NCBI GenBank assembly: GCA_000934665.2
Contig: KZ538303.1
Coordinates: 62,001-85,205 of the forward strand
Length of the DNA stretch: 23,205 nucleotides
From: Catajapyx aquilonaris
Lineage: Eukaryota
Direction of reading: 5' to 3'
Both the position numbers and the translations under genes were made by a program. The notes under the pieces were generated by a model. The model did not search any database and was not told where the DNA came from. It worked only from the letters and a program-made list of their open reading frames with translations. Positions within the stretch are counted from its first letter, which is position 1, and each line of letters starts with the position of its first letter. This document shows positions 10,154 to 22,005 of the stretch, piece by piece.

Positions 10154-12496
10154 CCACGCAAAAAAAAAAGATCAATCCTTCCAGCATGAAAAGCGATCTT
10201 CCGGATCATCTCTCGGGGTAGAAACCTGTCCAGATCAGACTCTTGGTGAGCAATGGCCAAATTTCATTCTTTGTCACTAGCAGGGGAAGCAAACATATCT
10301 CTTCGCAGCATCCAAGATGCAAGTACATACCAGAAATGGCCTCGTTTATTACGTTTTTATGGGACAGCTTAGGGGAACAGCTCCAAGACTTGTTTGAGGG
10401 GGTTGAAATACCTGAAAACTTTCCTTAGAGTGGCTTGGAAATAATGCCAACAGATTTCTTGGGGGTGAAATAATATATATTCCAACACACAAGAACACAT
10501 AGTCCCGGAGCAAGTCGAGAGAACTTAAGACAAGGCCCTAGAGAGGCTTTAGAAGTTATTTTCCTTCTCTTCTTTCCTCCTCCCATGTCTTGATGAGAAA
10601 AACATCCAGAGCTCCCAACTCTTAACAAGAAGTATGAAATTTCGGTCTCTTGACGACGATGATTTTGACCCCCCCTTTTCCGGCTTTCCTGCTGAGCCTG
10701 ACTTTCCCTTCGGGCTACTCCGGCTTGGGACAGTCTTGGAAATCAGCTGGCGTCGCAGGCTCAAACTTAATTTGCTCTTCGCCTGACGTGGTTTGCGTCG
10801 GAAAGTTTTTGGTGATCACCCTGACCTGCATCACCATGGATCGAAGAGGTGTTTTTCGGACCATGAGGTAAGTTTATGGCCTTTTGCCTCAGTGCTCTGT
10901 CAACTAGCTTTTTACGCCCGATTTTATTTTATTTTTGTGTTAAAGGCCAAAATTTTTACTGACGCCTACTTTGGCCTCTAAAGTAGTGTTGATCCATAAA
11001 ATGATGCAGAAGCTTTCAGATAACTGTAGATGGCCATTTTGGACCAGCTAGGTCTTCGAAAAATAATGGGACATACGAGGCGAAGTTTATAAGAATTAGG
11101 GAGTATCAATAACTCATTTCGCGCACCAGGGGCTGTACACTATGACCTTTTGCGCGAGTGCACCGCAAATACAATAGATTATTGATGGAGTGCCTGCAAC
11201 CCACGCAAGGAAATACAGCAGGGTCTGGAGCTGCAATCTTTGAAGTTAATATCATCACCGCACAAATCAAAGACCTCGCAATAATGACAATCTCGCTTCT
11301 GTATAGCACTATACACAGAAAACGATTTCAGCAGAGATAAGCTCAGGAGTTCAGCCAAACGTATCTTGATCGTTGACAATATCGGATATTAACCTGCTCA
11401 CGTCTGCTTCAAGCATGACGTAATTGATACCAGGAATGAACCTCAATATTTCTGCCATATTCTAGGAAGACAACCCACACAGTTGGACACATTTCGAGAA
11501 CCAGCTTTTATCTTGCCAATAAAATGTTCAGATGAAACTCCTGGAAACGCCTGCCAGAGGACGATTAAGAGGTTCGGAAAGTACGTGTCTCCTGCTATAC
11601 AGAAGCCTCGTTCGCATTAGAATGAGTAGTTCCAAGGCATTAAGTACATACACATCCTGAAAATGAATCCACCTCACCGGAAAGGTAACTCAAGCGGAGA
11701 AGTTTAAGGCTTCTCAAACAACCTTCCTCCCTTCTTCATGATAGCAACATCTTAGAGTCTGGAAGGTAATATTCTTTCTTGACATGACAGCCATGCAAAC
11801 AATATTCGGGGGGGGGGGTTTGCTCCTGAGCTAACCCCCCGCCTGTTTTAAGTGACGGTGATAAAGAGCAGATGTAGGGTTAAAATGAAGATGAGTCTGC
11901 GACTGTCTGCGGGGCTTCCTCGGGTGACTGATGGCTTTTGGGTGAGCATCAGGGGACTCAGGTCGGCGACCTCGATTAAAAGGATCCTGTTACACACTCA
12001 TCTGGCCGTAAACGACGCGCAAAAGCCTAGGATAAACCGACCCCGCCTCTACACTTTTTTTTTCCAAGCATGCAGGCTGCCAATTGAAGCAATTAAGGAG
12101 ACTTGGTGTCCGTTGCGGCCTGCAATTCCTGGATATTGTTTAGCCCTCTTGGGGGAATGTCAACGTGCAGGGTCAACAGCCATAGAAGAAAAATAAAGGC
12201 ACGGTTTAAGTCTGTTTGGCGGGAATGTGCGCCGTTTCATCAGGAGTTGGATACAAAGTTTGATGCGTAATAATCAAATTCCGGCGTACTTCAGATTATG
12301 TTTTAGGTGCATCTGGCTTAACTTCAGGCATCGATTCTGAAATAGGCACCTCTCCTTGCAGGGGCGTCAAGGACAATGTTTTGCGTCGTATTTGCCACAA
12401 GGTATACAACCCCCTGGAGAGATGTGTGTGTCGGGAGAAGGAGAGTACTGTGTCGGTAATAACGTCGTAAATGGCCGGATTTGCATATATGTCTTA

Positions 12497-12679
12497 TCTA
12501 TAATATTAAAATCGTAGTGAGCGTGTATGGTTATGCATTCTGATTGGTCCGCCGCATATTGTTACCGCGACGCTTCCGATTGGCCCGCGTTATACGCATG
12601 CGCAATGGGTGGAGGCAGCGCCTCTGGTGGGTGAGATGGAGAATTAGCTATTCGTTCGCTGTTGGACATCCTTTTCTAG
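12497..12679 (+). mobile_element. Non-autonomous Helitron-like element, copy 2
   Basis: Canonical Helitron boundaries A|TC...CTAG|T (A12496, T12680), i.e. inserted in an AT dinucleotide without TSD. It is homologous to 2505-2726 but lacks the GCGAAGC hairpin segment. Confidence 0.78.
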
Positions 12680-14425
12680 TTAATGTTTAAAAATCAAATG
12701 AGGTGTGACGATTTCTGACAAATTCAGGTCGTGTTTAATGCATTTGATTAATAACGAAGGGCATACAAGGACACGGCTACTGTCGATGACCCTGTTTCAG
12801 CTGTAAGTGATACCTTACTCACAGTGTCACTAATCAGTCAAAGAGTAATGGAAGTTAGAGAGGACATTTCGCAAAGTCCTGGAGGTGGAAAGAAGCTGTG
12901 TGGTGGTATAATCTGAAGGCGAGACTAATGACTTCCAATCAAGGTGGGGCCATTCACTCATCAAGGATCTCTCCTTCTGGCTGGCTTGGAACGTATAGAA
13001 GCCTAGGTAATATGAGTGGGGAGAAGGCTGAGGGACCAGTTTAATCTGATTCAATCCCAGAGCTAAAGTTTTGGTGAGCGGAACACTGGGAGTAGTGTCC
13101 TCCTTACACGTGCACCTTGGTTGATGAGGACACACACCTCCAGCCCCATTCCGGGTAGTCTTAAATCACCGTGCTCTCCAGCACATCCCTTTTAACCCCA
13201 GTTGGCCCTCCCGGCGATAGAACTGATGTTAATCCGGGGCCATTTTGGAAAAGTCGAAGGAGAGCAACGTACCCTGGATGCAGGGTCGTATGTGATGCTG
13301 GAAACCTCATCAGTGCAGACCATCATTACGACTATCCCCCTGCATGCAACGTTCATGCCTGAGGACGATGTAGTTAGCGTTAAGTGCTTGGTGGTTTGTT
13401 TCCAAGGGGGTCGAGGTGGAGATAAACAACTGGAGCATATATGTGCAGGATATAACGTAGCAATTACTCGAGAGCCCCATACAGGGTGTTTCAGCAGGAT
13501 ACTTTATAACCAACATCACACGCTCCAGAAATAAATCTGACAGCATCATCGTCCCTGCATGAAATTTTCGAATATTACGTCACAAACAATCCTCTCGGAA
13601 TTGGAATCGTTGTAATATGTCATTGCGTACTGCAGACTCATTTGCATCGTAACTCGAAACGATCTGAAGTTGCGTATTCCGTGGCAGTTTCGCAATCTTG
13701 TGGATTTATGATCGCTTCCTGCAGAGCGAGGCCTAAACGAAGAAGAAAAAAAAACATGCCGCTTCATTTTCCAACAATCCCTCAGCCTCTATTCCACCCC
13801 CTCAAGCATTGCTTCTTCACACATCCCCCGTTGAATCGATGCAGTAGACACCTTTTTACATACAAATAGCTTGGAAGCTTTTGAAGGAGGCTGATGTTTG
13901 CAGAAGGCGACATTTTCACCGTCGCCAACACCGCCTTTTAAAATTTCCGCCGCGTCTGTCGCATCTCGCTGGAAAAAAGGCGATTTTTTTCCAAATGCCC
14001 ACGGCTAAAATTGTTGCAGAAACTCTTCGAGAGAAAAAACGAGGTTTTTTGGTGAAACAACCGCTTCTTATCATCCGGTGGCTCGGAGATTCAACACCGG
14101 ATTTTCTAGCAGAGAGCGTTACCCTCGATCTCGCGGGAATTGTGACGCAGCACGCATTTCACACGGCCCCAGCGAATTTACTCGACCAGACAAACGACAC
14201 TCCTGAGCCGTTCATCCTATACCTGTATACCAGAAGCTACCGGCACTGCAACAAAGAATTTCTGATTTGTTAGGTACTTTATTGCAACGCTGCACATTTT
14301 CCAATTCTCTTTATAGGTTGCTAGGTTTCATTTGAATCAGGCTTGTACTGCACAAAAGTCTATAGAGAGTCCTGCAGAAAACTGATCCGGATTCTGATTA
14401 AACAGCGCACAACATTCAAATTTAA

Positions 14426-14628
14426 ATTGGATCGATGTTATGCAATAATGTGTCAACCCACAAAACATATACCCAAAGGATCGTACTTAAGTTAAAATCA
14501 AGCTGGCGAAATCTGGCATAATTCTGCCATAATTGACCGAAAAGGACACTAAATTAATTTCACATGCATGACAATCGATTTTTTCTTAAAACTGTGGGTT
14601 GACTCATTATTGCATAACAGCGTCCAAT
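14426..14628. mobile_element. MITE-like element with terminal inverted repeats (~200 bp)
   Basis: TGTTATGCAATAATGTGTCAACCCACA (14436-14462) is the reverse complement of 14593-14619 at 26/27 positions. The match extends imperfectly outward to ATTGGA...TCCAAT. The interior is AT-rich and non-coding. Superfamily not assigned. Confidence 0.75.
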
Positions 14629-16931
14629 AGCACTCCAATTTGGTCCAAAATTCACGCAAAACTGTTAACAATTAGGATGCATCCTGCGAGTTCGAATCAA
14701 GCAGTCGGGCTCTAAAATTAGACCAGCGATTATGCAATATGGCCACATAGTACCCAGAGGAATCTGGGGAATTTTCATTCGCATTTTTGAAAAGCAGAAT
14801 CCAAAAAAAAATACCGCTAACTCAACCGTGCAACTATGTAGCTGCTGCGCAGCTAACCAATTAACCGCCGTTTTTTCCCGTCGCAGTAAATAGTCCGACA
14901 GTTGCAAACAATTTGTTCCGCAAAACATAATTGAAATAAGCTTCAAGGATTAGCTATTAATTATACTGCCAGATTTTCTTGTGTTTGCAAAACACTGGCT
15001 GACTAATAAATCGCTGGGGTCATAAAGTTTTAATGCGCACACACTGGACTACACCCCTAGTTTAGTGCCGAGCAGAAACTTCAACACAATCGCACCTAAT
15101 TAGTCCCCCATCTCCCACAACTCCCTCTCATTACAATCCCGGAAAACTATTGCCCCTGGAGCTTCTCCTCCGCGCTAAATAATCAGGCTTGAGTTTGCCA
15201 GGAAAACCATTTACACGCAGTCTGTGAACTTCTCCGCCAGCTCCTTTTCCTCTGATATGCTAATACAACACCCCCAAACACGCTCAAACCTCAACTTTTA
15301 CTAATAGCTAATGCTCATATATACACACACGAGAGTTCGAGCCGGGATAAATTACACTAAGCCATTTTGTTCCAGTTGGCACCTGTTTTAAAAAGAGATT
15401 AGGGGCTGAGTGACTATGCATCGAGTACACAGTACTGCGTACATACCAAACACACCCACACATCCGACAGGGGTTGAATTAATAAACGGATGCGAGAATT
15501 GGCCACTATTTTGAAACGCTTTGGTGAATTAATTAGAGCCCACACCAGCAGGTGTTGGAGTTCAATGAACTAGCTAACATTATAATGTCATTATGGTGTC
15601 ATATATAAGGATGCCTCTATTCATAAGTAAGCGTCTGGAAGAAGCAACACTTAGATAAAATATTAAGATGGCAATTCACCCAAGGCAGCGCGAAACTTTA
15701 GGGTCGTAAGATTTTCCAGGACTGTCACCTGCAGAGACAATTTTTTTTGGCCTACTCAACTGGTTCACAGGGAGAAATACCCTTCCAAAAATATTCCATA
15801 AATAGCGAAACTCTCAACCACCTGTCATTTTATGACCCCTTTTCCTCCACCAAAAAAAAATCGCCTCTAACTCCTCTCAAGTCGACGACCTTTTCCTTCC
15901 TCTCGTTTTCTTCCTGATATTTTCTCACAGCAGGATACCCCCAGCAATGTACAGAAAACACATTTGTTAAGTGAAGGCGAGCAATTTCTTTACCTGTACA
16001 CATTTTCTCCGCGGGGATCTGCCACTCTTAAGTATAGGTTTATCGAACTCTGTATGATTTGCGAGTTCGGAAGGAGACCTCGTTATCTCAGCCTGTGCCT
16101 TTCAATAATATCAGAAATTTCGCCTCTCCGGTTTTCTAATCAGTGCGAGCATGACATCGATTGCTTATCTACGACCTTCGACTAATGTTGCACAGGTTCA
16201 AAGAACCTGCTTTTCTGGCACAAAACCAGATATTCAATTTGGCTTGGACATTATCACCCCAAGGGGGGGGGGGGGTTCCAGAACCTGATAAAACTGAGTC
16301 TGGAATGCAATTTGGACTTAAATCAACCGTTCGAAATATTTTGCTATTAAAGTAAGATTTGTACTTTTTATGGGTTCCCCGACATTTGATGGGGCAAATA
16401 TATATCTTCCTCTTCATATTTTCGTCCCGATTTCAATATTTGAGCGATGAAAACCCATCCGAGTATCGCATCCAACTTTGCAACTTGCTGTAACCCAATT
16501 ACCTGCCAAGAAAATCTGCGTCTTTTTCAGCACTCGCATAAGGATTGATGCCGGAGCGACTCTACCTAAACTAATTCAAGGACATTCTTGTACAAACTTG
16601 CCATGTCGCATATAACTCGAGGAATTTCCCCTTCGCAATAAGGAGATATTAAAAAAGTGTTTCCGACAGACGGAACCCTTCCCTCCAAAGCAAGAGGCTT
16701 ACAAGTATTGGGAAATATTATTCTCCAGATCGGTTCCAGTAGGCAGCTTTCCAATTCATCGACAACAGTATGTCTCTCGTATTCTGCATCGGCGAAACAA
16801 ATTACTTTTTTGATCCCCCAAAGGCTGACTGATATCAATATATATTTTTCGATCTACAGTGATTTTTTTTTATACACGCGTATAAAAGAGATAGCATCAG
16901 CTCTATTAGCTTTATAAAGCTGGAGGTTAAC

Positions 16932-17276
16932 TATTATGCGATTCACGAATCCTGGCCTGTTAGGCTCCACCCACCTCCTCCCAACGTCAGCGGCGGAAGA
17001 AATCAGGCCTGGAATGCTCGTGATTCTCGCGAGTAGGAGCCATTGATGCGGGGTTCGGTCTCAACAAGGGATAGGTGGTTCGTCGTATTTCCAGGCCTGG
17101 TTGTTCCCCCCCCCCCNCTCCCCCCTCCCAATGCAATCCACTGCTGCCAAGGGCTCTCCCCCATCCTCCTGGCAGGCGTGTGAGGCCATGGCGGACGCGG
17201 ACGTGGCAACCTCGCCTTCAGAGGGCGGAGGATGGGGGAGGAGCCTAACAGGCCAGGACTCGTGAATCGCATAATA
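16932..17276. mobile_element. MITE with 37-bp terminal inverted repeats (345 bp), TA at both ends
   Basis: TATTATGCGATTCACGAATCCTGGCCTGTTAGGCTCC (16932-16968) matches the reverse complement of 17240-17276 at 36/37 positions, with further loose C-rich/G-rich pairing inward. The interior is GC-rich. The terminal TA may be a Tc1/mariner-type TSD. Confidence 0.85.
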
Positions 17277-19586
17277 AAAGGTAGCTTTAAATAACAATAT
17301 TAAAAATCATCAATCTGCCAGCTGAAATTTTCACGGATGTTGCATTCAGGCAACAATAAAATCACTCTGGAAGTGATTACCACATTCTTCGACCTAAAAC
17401 CACTCGTATAAATAAAAAACGATCAATGTGGGCACATCTATACCTCCTGTGGTAATCCCTAGTCCCAAAGGGTTTCCCAAAAAGAAACTGCTGTGGAACC
17501 ATGAGACTTATCCGAAACTCCTGAGGTCATTTCGTTTAGGAGCTGTCAGGGCTGGGACACAAAAAGAGGATAAGGAAAGGGGCTGTGAAAAGGAACAAAG
17601 CAAAAAAAAAAGAAGTCCAGGATATGAAAGGGAATTCAGACAAGTTTCTAAGACTGTCCCTATTTCACCTTGGGTCAAGGTCTTCTCACGGACAGATCCT
17701 ATCTATTCTTAGGACACAAATCTGACAAATCTGGATTTTTTTTGTAAGTATTCGAAGTATTTTTTGTGTGTGTTTAGTTATTTCCTCTAGCCTTTTAATT
17801 TTCCGCTAGATGTCTTCCGAATCCAGCTGAAAATCGCTTCCGTGTGCGCAGCATCTTCTCACGCCATTACTTTTCAGGAATAGCCTGCACATTGGATGGC
17901 TTGCAATTTCGCTCTAGCGACGTAAAGAAAGAATTTCGCAAACTCCCCCCTCCCCTCTCCTAAATAAAGCGGATGAACCTAGGAGAGAAAGAAAAAAAAT
18001 GGCCACATCGAAGCTTCTCGGTACGAGAATCATTTTGCTTTACTACCGCGTTTGGTACAGATAAGAAACTACTCGTTCCTCCTCAGCGCATCTACGAGAT
18101 GGGCCCAAAAAAATTGCAAAGATGAAAATGGGATAGTAAAAAAAAAGTCGATATTGACGGGCACCTTATGCCACTTCGGACATTTTAAGGGGAACTGGCT
18201 TAAAAAATTGCTTTCGCCACCTCAAAAATGCCCTTTTTGGCATTTGTGAGGGGTCAAAGGCCAGTAATTTCACAGCCGAAATTTGAGTGCGCAGTATGCA
18301 ATTTTTTTTTTCGGGAGAGCCATACAAGGACCCTTTTATATCCAACGCGTCATATGCTGATTTCCATTTTGATGGAAGTTTCATTGACTCCATGACATTT
18401 TGAACGTGAAGTTCGTTTCCATGTTGTGGGGAGGATGTGCTGGCCACTTGCTATGGTTATTAACTCATTAATTGGCTGAAGGTGTCGAAGATATCAGTTT
18501 TGAACGGAAATGAAGCCGTGTGGGTAGAACCCTGAGTGTTTTTGACCCTTGAATCTAGGGTCATTTCGGCTCAAACAAGACTAGTCGACAGGGGGGGAAA
18601 GATGATGATTTACTTTCACCTCAGCCGGCTAACAAGTTATCCCTTGGGTTTCTCTTAGGAAGCCAATTTCTGAGGCGATAACGGGGAGTATCATATAGTC
18701 ATCGGTTTATTTTTAAGTCTGCGGATGACGCCGCCTATATGGGCAGCCCACGCAAAAGGAGCAGAAAACAATGTCGTTCCAGCAACAAAAATTATTTCAA
18801 TTTGTGACAATCCATCTGCTGTATTTTTAAAGCACAAACGAGACAGAAACGTGGATTCACAAACAAGCAGAGCCTGGGACTGGGTCCTCTGGATTTTCCA
18901 GGTTATAGACCCAATTTGGATGCAGCAAGCTGAAAGAGTTGGTACAAAGGTGCATAGTCTAACGAATTTGCATCCACTCAAAATAAGCTCCGTTAGTATT
19001 TAGAGCATGAAATCGGGGAGATACAAGCAAGACAAAGAATACATTGTTGTCGGACGAGTTGCTGTCTCATCTGATTCTCTTTTTTTTTGTTGTCCCGAAC
19101 AGATATCCGGACGGTTGAAAGCTCAGGACAAGTTGAGCCAAGTCAGGCACTCGTGTTAGGGTACCGGGTGTGCCGTTAGTGTTTTTTCTTAAAGTAAAAT
19201 GGATAGTAACAGCGCACACTAATTACGTTCAAAACCTATTCGAATGCATCTTTAAGCCTAAATGTTGCGCAGGTATTTTCAAGGACGAATCAAGTTCACA
19301 GTGTAGTAAAACTGTGGTTAACAATATATTTAATTATTACAATAAAACGTGCGCATTTTCTTCGATGCCCATGTGAGTGTTAAACGAACATTTTTGCAAT
19401 ACAAAGTTATCAGTAATAATTAGTACATATGAAACACAGTAGACTCGAAACATACCTTCGAAATAAAGTAAAAAATATTTTCATGCATACAGTATGTACA
19501 CGATACATTTTCCCCCAAATTCCAATGCATAATCATCCCCCGCAACAGACTCAGTTTGCATAATCACATTCAAAGTTATTTTTTTT

Positions 19587-19602
19587 TCTCTCTCTCTCTC
19601 TC
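19587..19602. repeat. (TC)8 microsatellite following a T run
   Basis: Read directly from the sequence. Confidence 0.85.
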
Positions 19603-21707
19603 CGTCTCTGAGTTCCATATATTCCAATCCTGAAATCCCTAATCAATGAAAAGCCTGACCGATTCCATTTCAGAATGGCAGCAGCACAAAATTAAACCGC
19701 AGCCATGTTCACGTGCAGCCTGTAAAAAATTTTCCCCCCCGATGCAAAAATTTCTATTCAAGTCCGATGCCCTAGGTTGACCCAAATATACTATTTCAGT
19801 ACAGTACACAGTATATATCCTGGACATCGACGGGACAAAATGGCTTGTACAGTGTAAATGGCCTTGCCTTTAAAACAAATTAATCCGGCCATAGACGGTT
19901 AATCCCATATGCGGCGTAATAGCTCCTAATTTTCATATCCTGCATTTATAAACCACGGCTTCGTACTTTATGCAAATAGATCTTCTCCCTCCCCCGCCCT
20001 CTCCCCCTCCAGCCATGAAGCCGAAAAACCTCCAAAAAGTAGGTCACATTTGACTTTCACCAAACATTGATTTCACGCCTACAAAGACTAACGGTTTCAC
20101 ATTGCCCACCATATCAATCTCCGCCATAATCGGCATTAATTTATCGCGCCAATTTTGTGAGGGTTTTCCACTTTCTCCTGTGGCCTTTCAAATGATATCT
20201 GGTTTGCACTGACTGCTTGATCAACCTTTTATGGTTTTTCCATAAAGAGCATCGGTTTCTGTGTAAAATGTTCAACACACGATGAAAAGGTAATTGGTGT
20301 AACTTGTAGGATTGTTAATATTGACTCATTTTATTTATAATTCATAATCCACGATTAGACACAACCGGATATGGAAAAGGTGAACGTCTTACAGAATAAA
20401 AGGTAGAGTTCAACATCTCGTGCAAATTAATATCTCTTATCTCATTGAAGCCTTTGAAAATTCTAACCTGTCTGTATACAAGAGGTTGGTAACAAGCTAA
20501 CTTTGGGTGGATGTTAATTAGAACAAAAGCCATAATAATGCGTCAGGGCGAGTTTCATCTGGCTGGAAATCAACACCCGGACAACTGTTGGAGGGTAATC
20601 CTACGCCAGCTGCTGTGTACGCTGCTCCCGAGTACTTTCCGAGAGAGCATCAGCCACGCAGTGTTCCAAGACTCGGCACAAAGGATTTTACCTTCGCCAA
20701 AAGGATCAAGGGACCATCCTGGCGGAAACGAGGCCCCAGTCAATGTACACCACCAGCCAGACCAACTTTGAGCCCTGATAAAGTAGCCTCCTTTGACCAA
20801 CCTTTGCCTTAGACTTGTCTTCAGGCGACTGTACTATATACTGCGACTCCAACTAACTCTATGGACACGCTTTGTCCGCAATTAACTGCAGGGCTAGCAT
20901 ATGGATTTAATTATTCGTGAGCATAGCCCCCACCAGTGCTATTGTTAGACTTTATATTTCCAATGGACGGATGTTGAACCCCTATTTTTTTCTGAGCTGG
21001 GTTCGGTTTTCACAATACAGTGCACATTAAAACTGACTTATTAACTGCAACATTTGCGTAGATGCCAGATGCGAGGGAAACCTTGGTGGAGGCCAACCCT
21101 TCAACGACCTTTCTAAAAATAACTCGCTAATGTATTTCTTAGTGTTCCAGTGGCATTTCTCGGAGAATGACACAGATTCGCCTGTATAATAGGCAATGTT
21201 TTGAACAAGAGAGGCGCATAGGTTATCTAACTGCAAGGATGAACGAATTCTGCTCGTCGTAATCAGCTGGTTTCCTGGTTTATCCAAGGCCAGCAATGTT
21301 AGACATATTTTTCTCATCAGTAAAATGCGAAATAGCCATTCGTAACATGTTAATATCTTGATTCATGTGGTGCTGAATGGATTCTTTCAAAAGAAACACA
21401 ATTTGTCACTTCGAATGTTACGTGGTAGGCTTTTTAATTTTTATTGAGGTGAAGGTCCTCGACTTGAATATGCTCAAGTGTCAGAGAACTCAGGCAGCAC
21501 ATTTTAAAAGAAAAAAAACCGCAAAGTCTAGTCGTGTATTATATTATTTTCTTCAGAGGCCAATTCCACCGGACGGCCAGGACCCTCTCCCGTGCCCGAC
21601 CGTACAGAATACTTGGTTATTTTTTAGTACTAATGAAACTCTCATGTAGGCTATATCATTGATTGCCATGTGAATAGTTGTCATGAAAAGAACAAAATTT
21701 AAAGGTG

Positions 21708-21841
21708 TACGAGGTGCGATCGAAAAGTTCCCGGACTGTGTTCATGAATTCATTAACATTTATTGCCACCGTCAAAGTAGCAAGTAGTCACCTTGTACAC
21801 GTATACAACAATTCCAGCGAATTTCCCATTTTTGGAAGCAC
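21708..21841 (-). mobile_element. mariner transposon 3'-end remnant: TA + TIR and decayed transposase C-terminus
   Basis: TA|CGAGGTGCGATCGAAAAGTTCCCGGACTG at 21708-21738 resembles a mariner TIR. The minus strand from 21840 reads CFQKWEIRWNCCIRVQGDY, matching the mariner C-terminal pattern W..RW..C....GDYF. A 7-nt duplication (CTACTTG/CTACTTT) shifts the frame; removing it gives GDYFDGGNKC* (stop at 21753-21755). Confidence 0.85.
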
Positions 21842-21860
21842 CAAAAAAATAGGGCAACAG

Positions 21861-21880
21861 TAATAATAATTAATAATAAT
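21861..21880. repeat. Imperfect (TAA)n microsatellite, possibly a retroposon tail
   Basis: TAATAATAATTAATAATAAT. Confidence 0.7.
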
Positions 21881-22005
21881 TCATACCCCGTTATCAGCCG
21901 GCGGCTCTTTAGGGGGAAAATTTTTGTTTTGACTGGAACTCTTTGCTTTCATTTTATTTCCTTTTTGGGATAGGATAGGGACGGAAGGAAGCGGCTGTGG
22001 CCTGT

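Noticed and set aside
1693..13490. Scattered (TA)CAGGGTG Tc1/mariner-like ends at about 1694, 9872 and 13480
   Set aside because: No convincing partner TIRs were found. These may be old MITE debris, but boundaries cannot be supported.
13171..14273. ORFs of 63-130 aa around 13.2-14.3 kb (and most other ORF-track entries)
   Set aside because: Many start at non-ATG codons, none shows a recognisable domain or clear exon boundaries, and lengths are near the chance range for six frames.
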